A DNA stretch of 64,000 nucleotides from Dehalococcoidia bacterium. GTDB taxonomy: Bacteria; Chloroflexota; Dehalococcoidia; Lucifugimonadales; G965248475. The stretch covers positions 1,583,640 to 1,647,639 of the forward strand of contig OZ252106.1 in the NCBI GenBank assembly GCA_965248475.1. The letters are read 5' to 3'. The position numbers were made by a program, and so were the translations under genes. Below the pieces are notes generated by a model. The model did not search any database. It was not told the origin of the DNA and worked only from the letters and a program-made list of their open reading frames with translations. Shown here one piece after another: positions 21,040-32,242 of this stretch. The first letter of the stretch is position 1; each line of letters starts with the position of its first letter.

Positions 21040-21555
21040 TTGAGCCAGCTGACAGAGTTCCGCACTCAGAAGGACAAATTCTTCGCGAACGACCACCACT
21101 CCCCCCTTCGACAGCAGCAGAGAGATACCTTCAAAGGTCTGGCCTACTTCGGAGAAGACTCACTACTGCACCTAGAGGTGCAGGTCGAGGAGTATTCAGA
21201 GAATCAGCTTGTGGAGATCGCCACCAGCACCGGTGACGTCCAGACTTACGAGCGATGGGGAAGGTTCACGTTCGAAGTCTAGGGAGAGGCGGCAGAGCTG
21301 ACGGTCTACAGAACTGGCCACAGCCTTTTCCTGCCCTTTGCCGATGCAACAAACGGCGCGGACACCTATGCGATGGGTCGCTACGTCGAACCCGAATCAA
21401 TAAGTGGGAACAAGATACTGGTGGACTTTAACCTGGCGTACAACCCTTACTGCGCCTATAACGAAGACTGGAGTTGCCCAATTCCGCCAGCCGAAAACCG
21501 TGTCAGTGTGCCAATTGGTGCTGGGGAGAAGGCCTTCGGGAGCTCCGCCCACTAG
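21040..21555 (+). pseudogene. DUF1684 protein interrupted by one in-frame TAG
   Basis: AGGAGGAG + TTG 21040. Track ORFs 20998..21282 and 21373..21555 share one frame. ..GRFTFEV-TAG(21280..21282)-GEAAELTVYRTGHSLFLPFADATNGADTY..VDFNLAYNPYCAYNEDWSCP is one continuous DUF1684 domain. Confidence 0.75.
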
Positions 21556-21796
21556 GCACCGACTCAGGACGCGGCGGGTTGGCCGACAGGCCGAAATCGA
21601 AGCCGTGGGTAACGCTGGCTGCGGTGCCTTGCCTGATGGCCAGGAGTGGCAATGCTGTGACTCAATCCATCGCGGCAGCGGGTCAGCAGAGAGACAAGGA
21701 GAAACAAGGGAGCCTTTGCACTGACTCTGGCACAGTGATGAACACGGCCTCAGAGAAATTCTCACAATAATTCAGATTGATCGTAGGAGCGTACTT

Positions 21797-22105
21797 CTAG
21801 CTGGCACCCTGCAACATGGGCGAGGACATCGGAGTCACTTCGATCTTCGCAACGAACTCGGCGGCTTCACTGGCTATGGCCTGCCAGGCGGGCGAGCTGG
21901 AAAAGGCTTCGTCCTTGGCTTTCGCGTCTTCAGCACTCTCATACGTGCGAATCCAGATGAACTCGGTACTGGCCTCGTTGATCCAGGGACCCAGGATCTG
22001 GTGACCAACCTGCTCAGCTACAGGCCGAGCCTTGCTGTTGAACCACTCGACCCAGGCGTCCATCTTGCCCCGATTGACAGTGTAAACTCTCAGTTGTGCG
22101 TACAT
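21797..22105 (-). CDS. NIPSNAP family protein
   Basis: 102 aa. MYAQLRVYTVNRGKMDAWVEWF...ILGPW...FIWIRTYES matches the NIPSNAP pattern. Confidence 0.75.
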   Translation of the reverse strand: MYAQLRVYTVNRGKMDAWVEWFNSKARPVAEQVGHQILGPWINEASTEFIWIRTYESAEDAKAKDEAFSSSPAWQAIASEAAEFVAKIEVTPMSSPMLQGAS

Positions 22106-22394
22106 GTTTCCCCTCCTTGAAGCAGTCGGCCTTTATTACGATAGCGAGTCTGGGTGGGTAGACACTGGGTCTGAAACTGATGATTGCCCGACAGGCACAG
22201 AGAGCGGGCCTGCTAAGCTTCGACGAGCCATGTAGTAGGGCGTTCTAGAACTATATGTCCCGTTCAAGGAACTGGAGTGCCGGTATCCATAGCTTGGGTA
22301 GTCGGCCATAACCCTCTCCCATACGGGGCATTGTAGCGTGAACTGAAGGCGAGTCAAACTGAACCTGCCAGAATGCCACGAATGGAAAGTAAAG

Positions 22395-22592
22395 CTAGGA
22401 CATCGTGAGATCGGATCTGACCGATTCATGGGACACGCCATGATACCTGGCGATTGTCCGTAGGCTCTGACCCTCTTCCCGGGCCCGTTTTATGGCGACG
22501 ATATGGGCTGGCCAGAGTCTCTTGTTGGAGGCGACGCGGACGGGGGGACGCCACAGAGGGATCAAATCAGCTACGAAATAGCCCTCTTGCAC
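22395..22592 (-). other. Short HTH ORF, possible remnant of a recombinase/transposase DNA-binding domain
   Basis: IVAIKRAREEGQSLRTIARYHGVSHESVRSDL resembles Hin/IS630-type HTH. No catalytic domain follows. The surrounding region has a lower GC content. Confidence 0.3.
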
Positions 22593-22731
22593 ATCGGAGT
22601 TGGAGTCCCAAGCAGGTCGCCATAGGCGTATTGACAGTTGGCCTAGGAATCTAGACTTCGGGAATTCCCGACTAGAGTTCCCAGGTAGTGCCTGAATTAT
22701 CCCGCATGCTTGAACCCGGAAGATTCCATTG

Positions 22732-25272
<2,541 letters not shown>

Positions 25273-25339
25273 CCCTTGCTTCTACGGGCACGCATGGGCG
25301 AGCCAGTCGAGCGTAACGGACCGGTTCAACAGAGTCCGG

Positions 25340-26149
25340 TCAGGGCGTCGCTTGATTACGGACCGCTTCAACCACTTGGCGTATGGCGTCCACCACGAGG
25401 TCTGGCCTATCGTCCTGAATCCCATGCCCGCTCCCCTCAGCTATCATGTGTGTGTCGTCCGGCGACAGAGCCGCCAGTTCTTTGTGCAGACCTACCAGTA
25501 GCTGATAGAGCTTCTCGTCCACATCGTTGGAGACACCAGGCCGATCGATATACAGAGCAGCCGAAATCACCACTAGGGGGAAGTCTCCCGGTGGCCCTAG
25601 TTCGACGTTGCCTTGAGCCTCCTCAAAACGGGAGATACGACCGCCACCAGCCTCCATGTACTGCTGCCATTCCTCTGGGGCAAGAGCCGCCTCAGCGCGG
25701 GCTGAGAAATCCTCGTGGCCGGGGTCAAGCAACACCATCCCGACCACATCCTCGGGGTACAAGTTGGCGAAGTGGGGGATCACACGTCCGCCGAAGGAAT
25801 GGCCCATGACCACATAGGGGCCTTCTATGCCCCCGGCGTCCAAAAGCGCATGCAGGTCGCGGACCATGGCATCGAAAGTATCATGGGCGGGTACTGAGCT
25901 ACTGTGGCCCTCGCCAGCCCGGTCGTAGGCGCATGCGCGGGTGAACTCGGCGATGTCAGGCTGGACGGGTCTCCAACTGGCAGAGTTGCCCATACCTCCA
26001 GCTTCCAGTACCACCGTTGGACTCCCCTCCCCCTCACAGGCGAGGTATAGCTCACGGCCATCGCCGACATCAATCAGATCTTCACTGCCACATCCCACCA
26101 GTACTACGACCAGCAGTATCGCAAGCAAGCCAGCGTGTGGCGATGTCAT
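25340..26149 (-). CDS. Alpha/beta hydrolase, probable lipoprotein
   Basis: Signal peptide + lipobox LVGC. Nucleophile elbow GHSFGG. C-terminal GSGHGIQ His motif. Confidence 0.85.
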   Translation of the reverse strand: MTSPHAGLLAILLVVVLVGCGSEDLIDVGDGRELYLACEGEGSPTVVLEAGGMGNSASWRPVQPDIAEFTRACAYDRAGEGHSSSVPAHDTFDAMVRDLHALLDAGGIEGPYVVMGHSFGGRVIPHFANLYPEDVVGMVLLDPGHEDFSARAEAALAPEEWQQYMEAGGGRISRFEEAQGNVELGPPGDFPLVVISAALYIDRPGVSNDVDEKLYQLLVGLHKELAALSPDDTHMIAEGSGHGIQDDRPDLVVDAIRQVVEAVRNQATP

Positions 26150-26165
26150 GGTTGCCTCACGCCAG

Positions 26166-26795
26166 TCATGCTGTCTGTGTCCTCCACACCTGAAAGGTCA
26201 GCACCAGACTAACCAGGAGTATCCAAGCCAGGACAACCACTATGCCAATCCAAGGCGCAATCAATGTTAGCGTTACCAGGAAACCTATCCAGCCAGTCCA
26301 GCGAGGCAGGGCGCCGTACCTCACAATCACCAGCGATGCGCCCAGGGTGAAGGCAGCCATAGGAGGTGCGAACACGAATGTGGAGTTCCAAAACCAGGTC
26401 ACGAATACCTTGGCAACCACTGCGTCCACATCAGCCGAGACAGAGGTGGTTGCCAGTTGCATGCTAATAGTTACCAGTAGCATGGCAATGGTCACCAGCC
26501 CACCCCCATAGGCGACGGAGGTCAGCCAGCCTCCTTCACCTTCGGCCTGCTGGAGGCGACGGCGGAAATAGGCCAGGAATCCGAAGAAGAACGCCAGGCC
26601 ACCGAGTCCAAGTATAGTGCCGAACTGTGTCTGGTCGCTCTGCTCTACGAAGACCTTCGCTATTTGGGCTGAAGGGTCGTACGGCTCAACATTTGCGCTG
26701 CCTGCCACACCCATGCCAACGGCCACAAGCACGGCAAAAAGTACCCCGCTGAGCGCCCCGACACTGTCCCAGATTCGGTCCTTCATATTGCTCAT
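26166..26795 (-). CDS. Integral membrane protein (DUF4386-like)
   Basis: Multi-TM profile. C-terminal GALPRWTGWIGFL resembles the P-[RK]-W-L-G-W motif also present in 32621..33325. Confidence 0.6.
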   Translation of the reverse strand: MSNMKDRIWDSVGALSGVLFAVLVAVGMGVAGSANVEPYDPSAQIAKVFVEQSDQTQFGTILGLGGLAFFFGFLAYFRRRLQQAEGEGGWLTSVAYGGGLVTIAMLLVTISMQLATTSVSADVDAVVAKVFVTWFWNSTFVFAPPMAAFTLGASLVIVRYGALPRWTGWIGFLVTLTLIAPWIGIVVVLAWILLVSLVLTFQVWRTQTA

Positions 26796-27002
26796 ATTGT
26801 TGCCTCCTGATTCTGCTGACCTATCTACTCGGTGCCTCTAACGGCCTGGAGGCCCAGAGGCTGGCCGGAGCCGGGTATCACTCCCCTGTAGACCCCGACG
26901 AAGACCTGACATGGTAAGTTTTTGTAGATCACAGATTATAGAGCAGGCCAGCCGTCCCGGGATTATTGAGTTGGGTCTACCTATGATGAGCCCCTCCTCG
27001 GC

Positions 27003-27650
27003 TTACCCCCCGGCCTGGATGCAGTGGGCGCGGCGGATGGCATAGAAGGAGATACCCGCGGCGAGTAGCTCGGGGATGACGAGCCAGTAGAGCATGATGG
27101 CCAATGCTACGCTCCCTGATGTCACCAGGATTGCGCCAAGCACAGGGGCCTTCCGCATGAACCAGAATCCACCCGCAATGGCAATCAGACTTAGTGGGAG
27201 TAAGGAATAAAAGACGTAGGTCCAGTCTGGCAGATATGCGAAGTCAGCCTGGCGCCGGTACTCAATCTCTGCTATGACGGTGCGAATAAGCAATGCTACC
27301 AGTAGCATCGTCGCCATGACTCCCGTAACGACGGTCATGGTCTTGTAGTCCCTTGTCTGTGTCATGGCGCCCTCCTCCGTGTCTACGTCTCGCGTACGGA
27401 TGTGGGCCAGCCGCCACATCAGGTCGTCCGGGAGACCCAGCAGCCAACGGAGCAACAGGTGCGTCGCCAGTGGAAGGCCATTCCATTGATTCGTCTCTGC
27501 TTCCTGCGCCTGCTCCCAGAGATCTGCGTCGATCTCCTCACGGCGGGAGTCGCGGAGGCCCGATGGAAGGCCCGCGGTGTACACGCGTACCCAGGCGCGC
27601 ACGAAGCTAACGGAGCGGGGCATGAGCCCGGTGGCACTATGTCTAAACAT
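27003..27650 (-). CDS. Membrane sensor-like protein, paralog B of 28402..29061
   Basis: The N-terminal ~75 aa (GLMPRSVSFVRAWVRVYTAGLPSGLRDSRREEIDADLWEQAQEAE...LLLRWLLGLPDDLMWRLAHIR) are near-identical to paralog A. Four divergent TM helices follow. Confidence 0.7.
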   Translation of the reverse strand: MFRHSATGLMPRSVSFVRAWVRVYTAGLPSGLRDSRREEIDADLWEQAQEAETNQWNGLPLATHLLLRWLLGLPDDLMWRLAHIRTRDVDTEEGAMTQTRDYKTMTVVTGVMATMLLVALLIRTVIAEIEYRRQADFAYLPDWTYVFYSLLPLSLIAIAGGFWFMRKAPVLGAILVTSGSVALAIMLYWLVIPELLAAGISFYAIRRAHCIQAGG

Positions 27651-28045
27651 CGTCCGGGTCTCCCGGATGCGTTCCCGCTCTAGTCTCGCTCACGTTAGTC
27701 TGTCCGTCTCCGTCCGAGTCAAGCGGCTCCACTTCTCTCAGCGCGTTACGAAGCAACGCTATCTTCTCCGCGTCACTATCAGGGTCTATCCCTGTGGGAC
27801 CTCGCCTCTAACCGCGATGCCGTAGGGGTTCAGTGAGCGACGGCCGCTATGGCAGACAGAACAGTCATCAAGCGGCGTATCCTAGGTCTCGTAAACATCG
27901 TTGAATGTCGTCATTGCTAGCGTCGAGTGACCATCGAAGATCCCACAACCTGCGGTAATCAGGGCCATAGCAACGGTCGCTAGGGCCAAGGCGATCATAT
28001 TGGCATGTCCGAGACCATGGACAGTAATGGTTGGGAGAGGTGTCA

Positions 28046-28405
28046 TCAAACTTGGGCCACCTTGCGCCTCCGTTTGACGACGCCCGCTACCGCAACAGGG
28101 ATGGCGATGGCTGGCACGATGCCGGTCCACCAAAAACAGGCTGCCACAGGCAGTGCACCTGCCGCTAGTAGAGCACCACCATTGCCCGACTGTGAGCGGG
28201 CAGAGCCCCAGGCGCCTGCTGACAACGCAGCTCCACCGATAAGCAAGACAACGGCAACTCCCAGTTCCATCCCTCGTCCGCCGACATCTACGGGTATGAA
28301 ACCTGCTAGATACAGGACGCTGCCGGCGAAACTGACAAGTGCCAAGAGGGTCGCCGCACCAAGAAAGACCACCAAAGTTACTCTCGATCCGTTCATCTGC
28401 ATCAT
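28046..28405 (-). CDS. Small 4-TM membrane protein
   Basis: The ATGA start/stop overlap with the upstream gene at 28402..28405 suggests translational coupling. Hydrophobic Gly/Ala-rich TM segments and a KRRRK tail. Confidence 0.6.
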   Translation of the reverse strand: MMQMNGSRVTLVVFLGAATLLALVSFAGSVLYLAGFIPVDVGGRGMELGVAVVLLIGGAALSAGAWGSARSQSGNGGALLAAGALPVAACFWWTGIVPAIAIPVAVAGVVKRRRKVAQV

Positions 28406-29061
28406 CCTGCTTCGCCCTCATCCGCGACAAAGAAATCTGTTGCTCCAACAGTCCGACGCTTGCTCGTCTTGTAGGCCTGGAAAAGTCCCAATAGCACCAT
28501 GAACCCGCCAATGATCGGAAGGATAACCGTCCATTGCCACGCGAAGCCGAACACGACCGCGCCCATCATCAGTGTGATGACGCCAGCCTGCGGCCTGCGA
28601 GCGAGTATGAGAGCGCCCCACATCACCGCGAGCCCGTCTACCAACAAAATCGCTGCGCCCAGGACTGGATCAGCCTCATTCATAGTCGGAGGGTGTCCCA
28701 GCACAGTGCCTGCGCTGCCGACAAGGCTGAGGAGGCCTATGATCACGGCCAGGCTGCGGAAAGCCCATCCTGCCGCTCGTGTTCTCACGCCCTCCTCCGT
28801 GTGTACGTCTCTGGCACGGATGTGTGCCAGCCGCCATATGAGGTCGTCAGGGAGACCCAGCAGCCAGCGGAGCAGCAGGTGCGTCGCCAGCGGAGGGCCA
28901 TCCCTTTGCACCGTCTCCGCTTCCTGCGATTGATCCCAGAAGTCGGCGTCGATTTCCTCGCGACGGGAGTCGCGAAGGCCTGACGGAAGACCGGCGGTAT
29001 AAAGGCGTACCCAAGCGCGCACGAAACCAACAGAGCGGGGCATGAGCCCAGTGCTACTCAT
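28402..29061 (-). CDS. Membrane sensor-like protein, paralog A (PadR-associated)
   Basis: ATG 29061 aligns with the start of paralog B. The same frame stays open upstream through PadR (see findings). The N-terminal cytoplasmic helical domain + 4 TM resembles the DUF1700-type partner of PadR regulators. Confidence 0.7.
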   Translation of the reverse strand: MSSTGLMPRSVGFVRAWVRLYTAGLPSGLRDSRREEIDADFWDQSQEAETVQRDGPPLATHLLLRWLLGLPDDLIWRLAHIRARDVHTEEGVRTRAAGWAFRSLAVIIGLLSLVGSAGTVLGHPPTMNEADPVLGAAILLVDGLAVMWGALILARRPQAGVITLMMGAVVFGFAWQWTVILPIIGGFMVLLGLFQAYKTSKRRTVGATDFFVADEGEAG

Positions 29062-29202
29062 GGGATGCCTCGCTCGGGTCGCAGAGTCGGCGTGGCGCGC
29101 GCGCTCAGTGTGGTGCTTGGCGAGTGCTGTTTCGCCGGCCATTGTCACCCGATAGAAGCGACGCCGGGGCCGGCCTTCATCAGCCGCGACCTGCGGGTCC
29201 TC

Positions 29203-29415
29203 TCAGTAGCTGTCTAGGAAGCCCACCTTCTCCAGTCGGGCCAGGGCCTTGTAAAGGGTGCCGTAGGCGGTGAGCAGCCGTGCATCGGCTCGGTCCCGCA
29301 TCTCCTTAGCGAGTAGGAAGCCGTGGGCGGCTTCGAGGCCTCTCTTCCGCAGGTCGAGGCCAGCCTCCATAATGGATGCTTCGAGTGGTACGAGAGCACC
29401 TGCTTTTCTCCGCAT
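29203..29415 (-). CDS. PadR-family transcriptional regulator, ends at a TGA on the conserved Trp position
   Basis: wHTH HGFLLAKEMRD...YGTLYKALARLEKVGFLDSY-TGA. The frame continues in-frame as EDPQVAADEGRPRRRFYRVTMAGETAL, the missing PadR C-terminal helix. Confidence 0.8.
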   Translation of the reverse strand: MRRKAGALVPLEASIMEAGLDLRKRGLEAAHGFLLAKEMRDRADARLLTAYGTLYKALARLEKVGFLDSY

Positions 29416-29421
29416 GGCGGA

Positions 29422-29451
29422 ATAATAGGAAGATATAGTCCCATTTGTCAA
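29422..29451 (-). promoter_or_regulatory. Sigma-70-type promoter giving a leaderless padR mRNA
   Basis: TTGACA (29451..29446), 18-nt spacer, TATTAT (29427..29422). ATG 29415 starts 6 nt after the -10 box and no SD is present. Confidence 0.55.
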
Positions 29452-29584
29452 GAGGGGCATCGCGTGACGGAATGCCGATCAAGGAAATGGGAGGCAGCAA
29501 ATGATGCATGGAACTTCCTGGCGCCCTCTTACGTCTTGTTAGTAAGACCAATCTCACATCACAGATTCTTACCGGGAGTTCACT

Positions 29585-29961
29585 ATGGCAATCGCAGCAA
29601 TGAAAAAGTGGCTGATACCGTTACTGACCATATCCGTTAGCCTGCTGGTGGGGGCCGCCTGTGGGGGGATGCAACAACCAGCCCTACGCCGACACCCCCG
29701 GTGACTCAAGAGTGGGAGCTGGAAAACATCCAGACGTTCGGCCCCACCGTTACGGTGTCGCTGCATATGTTTTCGGGAGTCGACGTGCAGGTGACGCTGG
29801 ACGGCAGGCAGGCCGATGAGGTCCGACCCGCCCTTCCAACAGTTGAGTACATTTTCAACGACGTGAGTGCGGGAAGGTATACGGTAGAGGTCCGGGACGT
29901 GGTCTGCTACAGCGAGACCGCCGAGGTGGCTGTGCCCACCTCGCCACCACTTTCGCCGTAG
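29585..29961 (+). pseudogene. Lipoprotein with Ig-like beta domain, frameshifted at a G6 run
   Basis: GGGAG + ATG 29585. MAIAAMKKWLIPLLTISVSLLVGAAC signal/lipobox. The frame breaks at G6 29663..29668. With 7 G it reads CGGDATTSPTPTPPVTQEWELEN..., joining track ORF 29701..29961. Confidence 0.65.
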
Positions 29962-30045
29962 CAGACGGCCCTTATCAGGAAGCTGGAAAACGAACCCGTA
30001 GCCAACCCACCCGCGTCCCTGACCCAGTACGGATACAAGGGCCAG

Positions 30046-30717
30046 GTGGTTTACTACGTACCGCCACGATGCTGCGACATATTCAGCGACCTGTACGACG
30101 ACAGCGGCAACATCATCGGCCACCCGGACGGCGGCATCACCGGCCAAGGCGACGGGCGTGTGCCGGACTTCATGGCGGAGCGAGAGGACGAAATCTTCGT
30201 GTGGAAGGACCTGAGGAGCAACGACCCAGCTTTGGTCCAGGTACCGGCCCCTATAGACAGTGTGGATATCCTGATATTGGAGAGCTTCCCGCCCCAGTAC
30301 AATGTAGTGCTAACCTCTGGCCTGCCCAACGGCTGCGCTTCATTTGCCGGTTACTACCTGAACCGTAACGACGACACCATACGTGTGGATATGTTCAACT
30401 GGAAACCGGCATCGCCTGACGTTGCGTGTACAGAGATATACGGGACAGTGGAGACCGTCATCGCATTGGGCAGCGACTTCGTCTCTGGCGAGAGTTACGC
30501 GGTGGTTGTCAACGACGTTACCAAAAGCTTTATTGCGCAGCAACAGGTGAAAGGAAACCTACGTGGGACAGGCAGTCGAAGTTACCATGGGGGGCACCAC
30601 CTACAGCGTTGCCGCAATACTAGTCGTAGCGGCCCTGTTGATCCTGGCCATAGCCGTGGCGGTAGGTGGTGTCATCGCTTACCGCAGGAAGAGGGAGGTC
30701 ACGATGGAAAAGAATGA
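30046..30717 (+). CDS. Cys-rich exported domain protein (DUF6970-like + ILESFP beta module); real 5' end lies upstream of 30046
   Basis: QYGYKGQVVYYVPPRCCDIFSDLYDDSGNIIGHPDGGITGQGDG matches my recollection of DUF6970. The conserved part starts at 29962, right after TAG and without a start codon. The 3' end is uncertain (junk-like tail after ..SFIAQQQ). Confidence 0.6.
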   Translation: MVYYVPPRCCDIFSDLYDDSGNIIGHPDGGITGQGDGRVPDFMAEREDEIFVWKDLRSNDPALVQVPAPIDSVDILILESFPPQYNVVLTSGLPNGCASFAGYYLNRNDDTIRVDMFNWKPASPDVACTEIYGTVETVIALGSDFVSGESYAVVVNDVTKSFIAQQQVKGNLRGTGSRSYHGGHHLQRCRNTSRSGPVDPGHSRGGRWCHRLPQEEGGHDGKE

Positions 30718-30907
30718 GCTAAGTCAAACATTCCTTGAATCAATGGCAAGACGAGTGGTCGCCTGGGGCTGCACCACCGTAGGGTTTCTCGGCCTGATCC
30801 TTGCTTTAAACGCAGGCTATAGCAATGAATATGTAAGTGCCGGAGCATGTCTGGCTGCATCTGCTTTGGCCTTCGGCGTGTACGCGTACGCCTTCCTGCG
30901 CAAGTAG
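30563..30907 (+). CDS. Membrane protein (3 TM), or the C-terminal anchor of the preceding protein
   Basis: AAGGAAA + GTG 30563. AAILVVAALLILAIAVAVGGVIAYRRKRE TM + stop-transfer. Joins the 30046 frame if the G6 run 30589..30594 has one base fewer. Confidence 0.55.
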   Translation: MGQAVEVTMGGTTYSVAAILVVAALLILAIAVAVGGVIAYRRKREVTMEKNELSQTFLESMARRVVAWGCTTVGFLGLILALNAGYSNEYVSAGACLAASALAFGVYAYAFLRK

Positions 30908-31001
30908 TACTTATGGAGGACGGCGGACTCGGCAGCTTTGCCGATGACGGGCGGGAATCAGACGCTTAGATTAGGAAGAAATATCGTCCTGGAGGTTTGA
31001 C

Positions 31002-31226
31002 ATGGATTGGGGCGCGATTATTCAACTGACGCTGGCAATCGGGGGCGGGGCGCTCATAGGGGGCGGCATCATCGCATATCGCAGCGGCCAGCGGGGTATG
31101 GCCCGGCCGGTTGCCGCCGCCGCCGTCGCAGCGGGAGCAGTCATGTTATTGGTGGTCGGGTTCACAGTCTCCGTATCCAGCAGCGGCGAGCCATCGAGCC
31201 CCGTTATCGAGTTATCGAATGAGTAG
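31002..31226 (+). CDS. Small 2-TM membrane protein
   Basis: GGAGG 7 nt before ATG 31002. Two Gly/Ala-rich hydrophobic helices. Confidence 0.55.
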   Translation: MDWGAIIQLTLAIGGGALIGGGIIAYRSGQRGMARPVAAAAVAAGAVMLLVVGFTVSVSSSGEPSSPVIELSNE

Positions 31227-31309
31227 AAACGTTGGCACAACTCGACCAGCAAGCGAACTGGTCTCACGAAATAGATATCCAGAATAGTTCCGTTGAAAAG
31301 GATAACGCA

Positions 31310-32203
31310 ATGAAAACCTGGTTGATACTACTAATGGGATTGACCCTGGCACTGGCCGCTGCCTGCGCGTCTGGCGAAGGCACCTCACCCACCCCGAACG
31401 CTGAACAGGTGATCGCAGGAACCCTTAAGGGAGCGGTGACTATAGGCCCGCTGTGCCCCATAGAGCCATGCAGTGAATCATCCGGCTACCCCTTCTCGGG
31501 CAGAGAACTTGTGCTTCAGCAGCCGGGTGGAGTGGTGCTCCAGGTCCCGCTGCAATCTGATGGCACCTTCGAGTTCGTCTTTCCCATAGGGACTTACACG
31601 GTACATATGTCGCCATGTGAGTACCTGGGCTGCCAGGCCGCCTTTCCTGTCTCCGTGGACATCATGGACGGAGAGACAACCACATTGAACATCGACATCG
31701 ACACAGGAATACGGTCTCCCGTGGGGCAGTCCGAGGCGTACGACCTGTACCAGGCCCTGCGTGCCACAGGGGTGTCCGTGAAGGTCGGCGGAGCCATCGG
31801 CCAGGTGTTCTTCAGCGTGCCGGGACAGGTACTGACAATAGACGGGACCGACGTCCAGGTGTTCGAGTACCCCGGGCCGGCCGAAGCTCAGAGCGATGCT
31901 GACCAGGTCGCGCCGGACGGGGGTTCTATTGGGCCGACCATGATCACGTGGGCTGCTACGCCCCACTTCTACAGGCTGGATAGCGTTATTGTGCTCTACG
32001 TCGGCGACGATGCGGCCGTATCTCTGCTATTGGAAGAGGCGCTGGGTGCACCATTCGCCGAGGGCGATCCGGCAATGACGAACGGGGCGCCGCCTGAAGA
32101 AGGTCAGGACGAAGAGACGTTCAGCAACCTTCTAACCCTGCTTGATGTGGAGCCGCTTCTGGCTTCTCCGGTGCGCCTTAGCAGCGAGATAATCGACTAC
32201 TAG
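31310..32203 (+). CDS. Lipoprotein with carboxypeptidase-regulatory-like beta-sandwich domain
   Basis: MKTWLILLMGLTLALAAAC signal peptide with Cys. TLKGAVTIGP...DGTFEFVFPIGTYTV resembles the CarboxypepD_reg fold. The track start at 31232 is too far upstream. Confidence 0.7.
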   Translation: MKTWLILLMGLTLALAAACASGEGTSPTPNAEQVIAGTLKGAVTIGPLCPIEPCSESSGYPFSGRELVLQQPGGVVLQVPLQSDGTFEFVFPIGTYTVHMSPCEYLGCQAAFPVSVDIMDGETTTLNIDIDTGIRSPVGQSEAYDLYQALRATGVSVKVGGAIGQVFFSVPGQVLTIDGTDVQVFEYPGPAEAQSDADQVAPDGGSIGPTMITWAATPHFYRLDSVIVLYVGDDAAVSLLLEEALGAPFAEGDPAMTNGAPPEEGQDEETFSNLLTLLDVEPLLASPVRLSSEIIDY

Positions 32204-32242
32204 AAGGGGGCCGAGGATGTAAACCCGGCCCAGGTCGTCAAC

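Noticed and set aside
22395-22592. Possible transposase or insertion sequence.
   Set aside because: Only a 65-aa HTH-like ORF is present. There is no catalytic domain and I could find no terminal inverted repeats. At most it is a remnant.
27882-28511. 209-aa minus-strand ORF overlapping the 4-TM mini-protein frame.
   Set aside because: The alternative frame 28046..28405 has an ATGA coupling to the upstream gene and a clean TM profile. The 209-aa frame is Cys/Arg/Trp-rich junk.
29203-29205. Genome-wide reassignment of TGA to Trp (code 4-like), or Sec at the PadR and methyltransferase TGAs.
   Set aside because: TGA terminates many well-conserved genes at their expected ends (ligA, lutA followed by TAG, lutB, zwf, pgl, tal). 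Sec normally replaces Cys, not Trp. PadR has no SECIS-like hairpin, and the methyltransferase hairpin lacks the fdhF-like apex seen in selD.
29569-30147. 192-aa minus-strand ORF opposite the lipoprotein/DUF6970 genes.
   Set aside because: The plus-strand frames carry a signal peptide and a conserved Cys-rich domain. The minus-strand frame has no features.
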